14,061 nucleotides of DNA from Gemmatimonadota bacterium (GTDB lineage Bacteria > Latescibacterota > UBA2968 > UBA8231). Below are positions 7,772-14,061 of the stretch, one piece after another (positions within the stretch are counted from its first letter, which is position 1; each line of letters opens with the position of its first letter). The stretch covers positions 1 to 14,061 of the forward strand of contig JAYOYH010000013.1 of assembly GCA_038153405.1 (NCBI GenBank), in the 5' to 3' direction. Under the pieces are notes generated by a model. The model saw only the letters and a list, made by a program, of their open reading frames with translations, made no database searches and was not told the origin of the DNA. Position numbers and translations under genes: made by a program.

Positions 7772-8418
7772 TATTCGACGGATTGGAATGAGCGCGCCGG
7801 CGCCCAGCCGCGCAGTGCGGATGCAGGCTCGCGGACTTCTATCCAGGCATCGCCGCGCCCTTCGACGAGCAACACGGTCCCTTTAGAGACGCGCAACTGG
7901 GCCGCTGGGGTAGCATTGGGTGCAGGAGCTAGCGCAATATCTTCGACGGCAACGACCATACGAGCGATAAACGCATCTACGGTGCGGGTAAAGGTCTCTA
8001 GCGCATCGCGCGCGTAGTCATTGGCCGGTTCAATGCGCGTGGCTGCCAACGTGCCGTAGCGCCAGGTAATGCCGAGTTGGGGTAGCGCATCGCGGCGAAG
8101 TTGGCGTATGAACGGACGCGCGTCCTCCTTGGCCGGTAAAGTCACTTGATAAATGGCCGTCACCAGCGATTCGCTGTCGGGGTTATGTGGGCTGGGACGC
8201 ACCTGCCAGTCAACGAGGTGTCCACTGGCATAGGTTTCGATGATATAGGCCTTGCTGATTTCCTCGTAGGTGGCCGTAATACCGCGGTATTGGCACTCCG
8301 CATTGCGCAGGGCATACTGATCTTGCGCAACATTTCGCCGTGGTGTGGGACTGGCCAACGGCAGCAGGACGAAAACCAGAGCAAGTGCTCTGGTCGTGTA
8401 GCGATTTAGAGACGACAC
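7771..8418 (-). CDS. Hypothetical exported protein with C-terminal SH3b-like domain
   Basis: N-terminal hydrophobic stretch [12 protein letters not shown]. The C-terminus IALAPAP...[20 protein letters not shown]....RGWAPARSF fits the bacterial SH3 pattern. It fills the gap between its neighbours exactly, with a TAATG overlap at 7771. Confidence 0.72.
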   Translation of the reverse strand: MSSLNRYTTRALALVFVLLPLASPTPRRNVAQDQYALRNAECQYRGITATYEEISKAYIIETYASGHLVDWQVRPSPHNPDSESLVTAIYQVTLPAKEDARPFIRQLRRDALPQLGITWRYGTLAATRIEPANDYARDALETFTRTVDAFIARMVVAVEDIALAPAPNATPAAQLRVSKGTVLLVEGRGDAWIEVREPASALRGWAPARSFQSVE

Positions 8419-8428
8419 GTGTGGCAGA

Positions 8429-10378
8429 TTAGACCCAGTAGATGTTGTTGTCCGTCATCCCCGTCAGATAGTCTATGATAAGCCATATGCCGGCTACGGC
8501 AAACTGCCCGAGAATCAGTCCGAGAAAAAAGGGCCGTGCGCGCTGAAATAGCGAAGGTCCTCCGTAGCGCAGCATAATGCTCTTAATCAGCCAGGCCAGG
8601 AACACGCTGAAGGAGATATAGTTGGTCATCGAAATCGTGCTGACGGCAAAGCCCAGCGGGTGCAGCGGCCACCATAGAAAGTGCTGGCGCGCCAGCATGA
8701 GAAGCCCCATGACGGTGCCCCCCGAAATCGTCGAAATCCAGCCGACGAGGTTTGGGCCCTGGGGGTCGTTGAGATGGCCACTGATAAAGTTGAACGGGTA
8801 GACGGGGCCGCCCGTTGGCCCGAAGAACCAGCCGTTGAGATTGATCCCGCCGTAGGCATAGCTCAGATGCAGGACGGTAACGATGGATGTGGCCATACTG
8901 ACGACGATGGCGATGGCAATGGCCCAGAACAGACTGCGCTTGTCTTTGCCCAGCGTGTCTTCGGCTAGCTTGAGACCGTTGGCGCAGGAAGCCAGCACAT
9001 AGGTGCGAATATCGGCGGCCCATACAAAGGTGAAACCGAGGGCGGTCAGGGTTTGCGCGCCCAGCACGGTATTGCCTAGGCCGGAGGTCACGAAGTCGGA
9101 AGCGATCAGCGGTGCGCGCGCGGCGGCTATACCCCCTTCGGCAACGACGCGAGTAACGGCGATAAAAAGCAAGTACATGGCCGTCAGATAGATGGGCAAC
9201 ACCCACCAAGCCATACCGGCCATCCACAGCCAGACGAAAATGAGCGCATTGCTTAGGATCAGCCCAAAGACGGCCGTGCGGTAGGAAAGCATTTCGTCGG
9301 AGTCGTCTATGTCGGGATCGCCGGAAATGGCCTTGCGCCAGACCTCGGCTAGGTGCGTGCGCGCCGTCCACAGACCGAGCACCGACAGCACGAGCATAGC
9401 GCCCATCCCTTGGTGGGCCAGTACGGGAAAAGCACCGGCATAGTATAGGTTCTGCGTGCTTGTGATGCCGATGACGCCAAAGATACCCTCCTGCACGCGC
9501 GCCAGCAGATTGAAGAACCAAATGGCGAAGGCGATTTCCAAATTGACGAAATAGGAGAAGCCGAGCATGGGGAAGGAAAGGACGATCTGCAGAGCCGTGG
9601 TATTGCGAAAGAGCGGGATGCTCGTCTGCAAATTGACACTCGGAATAAAGTTGTAGTAATTGTGCAGCGCGCGCATGGAGCCGACGATAAAGGGCAGGGC
9701 AAATCCGGCCCACATGAGCCCGCTCTTGAAAAAGGGTTTGAGTATGGAAGGGGTTTCGCCGTCTTCAATCATAGCCATGGGCACCTGCACCAAGGGGAAA
9801 GCTAGGCGCTCGCGAACGATCCACTGGCGCCGCAGGACCACGCTGATACAAATCATGGCAAAATAGATCGATAGGATGAGCGGCACCCACGCCGCTAGCG
9901 GTTTGATCCACACGTCCCAGGGAAGGGCGTAGTTGCGCGGAGCGCCCTCGTAAAAAAACTTGATGGCCTCGTAGTCCTGCGGCACCAGCCAAGTGCGGAT
10001 GTGGGGATGGATCAAATCGGCCCATTCGTTCTCAGGACTGGCGTAGTAGACGGCCCCGCTGATGATGGGTAGCAAATACTCGGTGAGCCCCATCGTCGGT
10101 ATCGAACAGCCGACAATTCCCATAATGTAAACCACGACTAGTTCCTGGCGGCGAAATGCTAACCTCGGGTGGAGTAGGCCGAGCAGGGAGTGGACTATAA
10201 AGACGAAGAGGAAAAACAGGAAGATGGCACCTGCGGTGCTGAAGTCGAGTGCCATATAGGAACCGCGCAGCACCATATTGCCATAGGGCGCGCCGACGCT
10301 GATGCAAAAGGCGATGAGCGAACCGGCTAACAGCGAGCGGAAGGTGACGCCGGAATTGGACGTATGCGTTTCGGTCAT
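8429..10378 (-). CDS. DUF6785/DUF6784-type polytopic membrane protein (putative transporter), 649 aa
   Basis: Many TM segments and the family motifs ELVVVY, LRRQW...ERLAFPL..VP, WWPLHPLGF, WLIK...RYGG..LF..ARPFFLGLILG. Start placed at ATG 10378 (MTETHTS..GVTFRS); the upstream extension to 10555 would overlap the divergent AKR gene. Confidence 0.85.
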   Translation of the reverse strand: MTETHTSNSGVTFRSLLAGSLIAFCISVGAPYGNMVLRGSYMALDFSTAGAIFLFFLFVFIVHSLLGLLHPRLAFRRQELVVVYIMGIVGCSIPTMGLTEYLLPIISGAVYYASPENEWADLIHPHIRTWLVPQDYEAIKFFYEGAPRNYALPWDVWIKPLAAWVPLILSIYFAMICISVVLRRQWIVRERLAFPLVQVPMAMIEDGETPSILKPFFKSGLMWAGFALPFIVGSMRALHNYYNFIPSVNLQTSIPLFRNTTALQIVLSFPMLGFSYFVNLEIAFAIWFFNLLARVQEGIFGVIGITSTQNLYYAGAFPVLAHQGMGAMLVLSVLGLWTARTHLAEVWRKAISGDPDIDDSDEMLSYRTAVFGLILSNALIFVWLWMAGMAWWVLPIYLTAMYLLFIAVTRVVAEGGIAAARAPLIASDFVTSGLGNTVLGAQTLTALGFTFVWAADIRTYVLASCANGLKLAEDTLGKDKRSLFWAIAIAIVVSMATSIVTVLHLSYAYGGINLNGWFFGPTGGPVYPFNFISGHLNDPQGPNLVGWISTISGGTVMGLLMLARQHFLWWPLHPLGFAVSTISMTNYISFSVFLAWLIKSIMLRYGGPSLFQRARPFFLGLILGQFAVAGIWLIIDYLTGMTDNNIYWV

Positions 10379-10484
10379 GTACGTTGAGCAATGGGTGTAT
10401 TTGAATATGTGCGCAGTATGCGATAACAATGTTGGTTGAAGATAAGGGATGTCGAAGGGCATCACAATAAGGAGAAGGGCCGGT

Positions 10485-11444
10485 ATGGAGTACCGCAGGA
10501 TGGGGCGTACGCACATCGAGTGCAGCGCCATCGGATTGGGCACGTGGGCATTCAACTCGTCTGTCTACGGACAAGTTGAAGAAGCCGTGGCCGTCGATGC
10601 CATTGCCGCTGCGCGCGATGTGGGGATCAACTTTTTCGACACGGCTCCGCTGTACGGCAGCCAGGCGCGCGATGGCATCGCTGAAGAGATACTCGGCAGG
10701 GGGCTGCGCGTAGGGCGCGACCAGGTGGTGATTTCAACAAAATTTGGTCGCAAACCAACGCAGGGCAATCGGCCAGATTTCTGTGCCGCGCAGGCGCGGC
10801 AATCGCTCGAGGAGAGTCTGCAGCGCCTGCGCACCGACTATATCGACGTGCTCTTTTTCCACTCGCCGTTCGCCGCAGACGAGATTGACGATGATATTTG
10901 GGCGGAATTGGATCGGCTAAAGGGAGAGGGAAAGGTGCGCTGCATCGGTCACTCCATATCGAAATTTGCCGATACGCAGGGGATGGCACGCCAGTGGGCC
11001 GAGCAGCGCAGAATCGACGTCGTCCAGGTCGTCTATAGCTTGCTCAATCGCGAGGCGCAAGGTCTGGTAGCCGATTTGGGGCAGGCCGGTGTCGGCGTAG
11101 TGGCCCGCGAATCATTGGCCAATGGATTCCTTTCGGGCCAAATACGGCGCGACACGGAATTTGCGCCGGGCACGCTCAATGCCCGCTACGACCGCGCCGA
11201 GATCGAGGCGCGCGTAGAGCGCGTCGAAGCGCTGTCCTTTTTGGTGCGAGATCCCGTTGAGACTATGCCCCAGGCTGCGCTGCGCTGGGTGCTCGACGAT
11301 CCGCGCGTATCGCTGGTGCTAACCGGTGCTAAGAGTGCGGCAGAGGTGCGCGACGGAGCGCGGGCGGCGGTGCTGCCCGGATTTAGCCGCGAAGAAATGG
11401 CCCGTGCCGCAGCGCTGCATACCTGCGATTTTTCGGCGGCCTAA
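10485..11444 (+). CDS. Aldo/keto reductase, 319 aa
   Basis: Typical MEYRRMGRT start, IGLGTW, and the catalytic tetrad in FDTAPLYG (D, Y), STKFG (K) and FFHSP (H); also SLQRLRTDYID. The AAGGAG RBS at 10469-10474 supports ATG 10485 over 10449. Confidence 0.95.
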   Translation: MEYRRMGRTHIECSAIGLGTWAFNSSVYGQVEEAVAVDAIAAARDVGINFFDTAPLYGSQARDGIAEEILGRGLRVGRDQVVISTKFGRKPTQGNRPDFCAAQARQSLEESLQRLRTDYIDVLFFHSPFAADEIDDDIWAELDRLKGEGKVRCIGHSISKFADTQGMARQWAEQRRIDVVQVVYSLLNREAQGLVADLGQAGVGVVARESLANGFLSGQIRRDTEFAPGTLNARYDRAEIEARVERVEALSFLVRDPVETMPQAALRWVLDDPRVSLVLTGAKSAAEVRDGARAAVLPGFSREEMARAAALHTCDFSAA

Positions 11445-11464
11445 TCGGCGAGGAGATAGATCAT

Positions 11465-12700
11465 ATGAGCGCTGCAAAAATAGGGTTGGTGGGCATGGGA
11501 GGATTTGCTCGCACGCACAAAAAATACATCGAGACAGTAGAGGATGCCGGTATAGGAGAGCAAGTTGCACAGGTGGCCATTGCCGCCGACCAGCTGTCCT
11601 TTGCCGACGAAGTGGTCGCCCTGCAGAAGCGGGGTGTCGCCGTCTTTGCGAGCCTGCGCGAAATGCTGGCCCAAATGCGGGGTCGTTTGGACATCGTCTG
11701 CATTCCGACCGGTATTCCACTGCACCGGTCGATGGCCGTAGCCGTGTTGGAAGCCCAATGCAATGCGCTGGTGGAGAAACCGGCCGCCGGCAGCATTCAG
11801 GATGTCGATGCGATGCTAGCGGCCGAGGCGCTCAGCCGCGGCTTTTGTGCGGTGGGCTACCAGCACGCCTACAGCCCCGACTATCTGCGGGTCAAGGATG
11901 CCGTTTGCTCGGGGATGCTCGGCCGTATCAAAGAAGTGCGTTCCTTTGGCTGCTGGCCGCGCGGTGCGAGCTACTACGGCAGAAACCCGTGGGCGGGTGC
12001 GCTGGCAGTGGGCGATACGTGGGTCCTCGACAGTCCGCACAACAACGCGCTGTCCCACGCGGTCAATATCATGTGTATCATGGGCAGTGCCGAGCCGGGC
12101 AAAGCGCTGCAGCCCACGGCCGTGCAGGCCGAACTGTATCGCGCCAATGCAATTGAGTCGGCCGATACCGCAGTGCTGCGCGCCGAGACCGATGAGGGCG
12201 TAGATGTATTCTTTGCCGTGAGCCACTGCACGGAGGACAACGTCAACCCCGTTTTTGTTCTGAGCGGAGAGCGGGGCGAAATTGAGCTAGACTACGGCGG
12301 TGCGGCGCGGGTGCGCCTGGCCGATGGCACGCGTCAAGAATGGGCCAGCGCCGAGGCTGGACCCCTCGTGCTGCCCAACGTCATTGCATCTATTGCCGGC
12401 GCGGAGCCGCTGCGCTGTCCGCTGGCCTTGACGCGGGCGCAGACCCTCTGCATTTGCGGTAGTTTCGAATCGTCGCCCATTCGCCCGCTACCGGCCCAAC
12501 TGCGGCGCACCGATGCGGAGGGAGGAGTCGTCATTGAGGGAATGAGCGCGCTGGTACAGCGTGCTTGGGCAGAGGGCAAGCTTTTTTCAGAGCTCGGAGT
12601 GGATTGGGCGCGCCCGGGTCGGCGCGTCGACCTTTCAGATTATGCGTACTTCCCGACTTTTCGCCCGCGCATTGGGCAAATCCAATCGAGTGATGCATAA
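11465..12700 (+). CDS. Gfo/Idh/MocA family oxidoreductase (WPR..YY.RN.WAG subtype)
   Basis: IGLVGMGGFA Rossmann motif, PTGIPLH, VEKP, VGYQ, WPRGASYYGRNPWAG and NNALSH. GAGGAG RBS, 20 nt after the AKR stop. Confidence 0.92.
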   Translation: MSAAKIGLVGMGGFARTHKKYIETVEDAGIGEQVAQVAIAADQLSFADEVVALQKRGVAVFASLREMLAQMRGRLDIVCIPTGIPLHRSMAVAVLEAQCNALVEKPAAGSIQDVDAMLAAEALSRGFCAVGYQHAYSPDYLRVKDAVCSGMLGRIKEVRSFGCWPRGASYYGRNPWAGALAVGDTWVLDSPHNNALSHAVNIMCIMGSAEPGKALQPTAVQAELYRANAIESADTAVLRAETDEGVDVFFAVSHCTEDNVNPVFVLSGERGEIELDYGGAARVRLADGTRQEWASAEAGPLVLPNVIASIAGAEPLRCPLALTRAQTLCICGSFESSPIRPLPAQLRRTDAEGGVVIEGMSALVQRAWAEGKLFSELGVDWARPGRRVDLSDYAYFPTFRPRIGQIQSSDA

Positions 12701-12740
12701 GCCGACGGAACGCTCCCTAAGCGTGCGGTGTGACGGGCCT

Positions 12741-14060
12741 CTACCAGTTGGGGCAAACGCCGAGCTGAGAGTGGGTCTGTTGGCGGCCGATATCGCTGAT
12801 GCGAATGCCGTTTTCGCCAAAGTTGATAAAGACCATATTTTGGCGCCCCATGCTCGATTCGGTAAGGTCGGCCGTAGCGCTTAGGAGTTCTGTTCCAGTA
12901 ACGACCTTTGTCACGATTAGATCGTAAAGGGCCTCTATCAGGGTGCGGCGACGCACCCGCGCTTCGTTGGTTTGATGGCTTTGCGCATGCTGCTTGAGGC
13001 TTTGTTTCTGCTGAATATAGGAGGTGTTGCGCGAAGAGGGCAGCACCTCAGTTGTTGTTATGGCCCACGCTATTTTGGGCGATTCTTGTAGAAAGTGGGG
13101 CTCTGCGCGCAGACTGAGGGCGACCTGCTGGACGTTTTCAAAAAACTGTGGATTGGTGCGCAGCATATTGGCTCCGGTGATTTTGAGCAGCTGTCCGTCG
13201 CGGATGAGTCGGTTGACCCGCGGTATCATGACCAGCGACAGGTTCTGCTCTTCTGCGCGATCTAGTAGCGAGCGAATGGGTGCTTCGTGTAGCTTCTTTG
13301 TAAACTGGCGCTCGAGCCACTGGCGATCTTCCGGTATGACCTGGACTCCGAGCATCTTCTCGAGGCGATCCACCGTTATGATGTGCGTCAGCTTGGTCAA
13401 CTGGTCTTCGAGCGAAAAGAACTGCTCCTCGCCATCCTGCTCTTCCCCCTCTACTTCGCTCTCCTCGCGCTGTTTTTTGCGCTGCTCAAAGCGTTTCTTT
13501 GCTCTTTTCTTTCGTTCCAGTGCGCGCTGGGTAGAGTTTTTACTGCTTTGTTTTACTTGTTTTTTCAGCTGCGCTTTGCGCTTTGCAATCGAATGTTCAT
13601 CCGTCTCTTCATCGGGGGATTGAGACTCGCTGTCGTCCGTAAGTTCGCTAGTCGGGTGCGCGTACTTGCCCTCGGCTTGGTCTGCTTCCGCGCCGTCTTC
13701 TGCGTCGAACAATTCGGCCGTATCGTCCCCGGGCTGCTCGCCGACCTTGCTCTCTTTGCGGACGCCCTTGGTGGGGACAATTGTGGCTTTCTCGTCGCCG
13801 TCTGCGTCGGCCGCCTTTTTTGATTCGCCTTCGCCTAAGGGCTTATCGGCAGGTGAGGCGACTCCTTCCTCGTCTTCGCCCTCAGCGATGCGCTCTATTG
13901 GATCGCCTGTGTCCCAGTCGTCTTCGCCGAACGGGTCCTCCTGCAGCGCCGTTACATCGCCTTCTTCTTCTTCCGTGAATAGTTCTTCGCCTTTTTGTTT
14001 CTTACCGACTTTGCTTTGTTTGCGTTCGCCTTTTTTGGGTTCGAAGCCGGTTGTCTCTTC
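12741..14060 (-). CDS. Hypothetical protein (at least 439 aa, 5' end outside window): long charged disordered region plus C-terminal globular domain
   Basis: Manual translation shows no stop codon from 13712 to the window edge (EETTGFEPKKGERKQSKVG...DDTAELFDAED...), so the TTG start in the ORF track is internal. The last ~225 aa have a globular composition. Confidence 0.85.
   Translation of the reverse strand, partial: EETTGFEPKKGERKQSKVGKKQKGEELFTEEEEGDVTALQEDPFGEDDWDTGDPIERIAEGEDEEGVASPADKPLGEGESKKAADADGDEKATIVPTKGVRKESKVGEQPGDDTAELFDAEDGAEADQAEGKYAHPTSELTDDSESQSPDEETDEHSIAKRKAQLKKQVKQSSKNSTQRALERKKRAKKRFEQRKKQREESEVEGEEQDGEEQFFSLEDQLTKLTHIITVDRLEKMLGVQVIPEDRQWLERQFTKKLHEAPIRSLLDRAEEQNLSLVMIPRVNRLIRDGQLLKITGANMLRTNPQFFENVQQVALSLRAEPHFLQESPKIAWAITTTEVLPSSRNTSYIQQKQSLKQHAQSHQTNEARVRRRTLIEALYDLIVTKVVTGTELLSATADLTESSMGRQNMVFINFGENGIRISDIGRQQTHSQLGVCPNW
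13741..14033. repeat. Degenerate intragenic direct repeat (2 x 29 nt, 264 nt apart)
   Basis: 13741-13769 CCGACCTTGCTCTCTTTGCGGACGCCCTT versus 14005-14033 CCGACTTTGCTTTGTTTGCGTTCGCCTTT: 23/29 identical and in frame, encoding KGVRKESKVG and KGERKQSKVG. Confidence 0.7.
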
Positions 14061-14061
14061 T

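Noticed and set aside
8583..9713. 376-aa alternative-frame ORF inside the DUF6785 gene
   Set aside because: Arg/Pro/His-rich with no motifs. Such frames arise readily in GC-rich genes encoding hydrophobic proteins.
10379..10555. 59-aa N-terminal extension of the DUF6785 ORF, and the AKR start at 10449
   Set aside because: They would create a head-to-head overlap. Family-like N-termini begin at 10378 and 10485, and the latter has a strong RBS.
11326..12156. 276-aa ORF overlapping the AKR and Gfo genes
   Set aside because: Arg/Gly/Cys-rich shadow frame over two well-supported genes.
12701..12740. Possible terminator between the convergent Gfo gene and the last ORF
   Set aside because: Only a 5-bp stem (ACGCT/AGCGT) with no U tract.
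13710..13712. TTG start for the last ORF
   Set aside because: The frame stays open to the window edge with the same composition, so the true start lies outside the window.
13024..13978. Plus-strand ORFs antisense to the last gene
   Set aside because: Ser/Phe/Leu-rich mirror images of the Glu/Lys-rich minus-strand gene.

Overview
Gene-dense, GC-rich bacterial chromosomal window with 14 coding regions, two of them cut by the window edges. I found no RNA genes, CRISPR arrays or mobile elements. In order: the C-terminus of a SIMPL/DUF541 protein, a Gfo/Idh/MocA oxidoreductase and a PhyH-like Fe(II)/2-oxoglutarate oxygenase (all +); a 20-bp hairpin; a small AT-rich Cro/C1-like gene (-) with a near-consensus sigma70 promoter; and a calcineurin-like metallophosphoesterase (+). 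Next is a tightly coupled six-gene minus-strand run: a DUF6785/DUF6784-type polytopic membrane protein, an SH3b-like secreted protein, a MacB/LolD-type ATPase, two paralogous periplasmic adaptors and a MacB/FtsX permease. A divergent aldo/keto reductase plus a second Gfo/Idh/MocA gene (+) follow, then a long charge-blocked hypothetical protein (-) running off the right edge. The family mix is typical of Latescibacterota/Poribacteria/PVC-like genomes (inference). The most interesting leads are the HxG motif in place of HxD in the PhyH enzyme, the dual-adaptor TolC-less MacAB module coupled to a DUF6785 protein and an SH3 protein, the shortened Cro/C1-like protein, and the disordered repeat-bearing protein at the right edge. 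All family assignments are by motif recognition, not database search.
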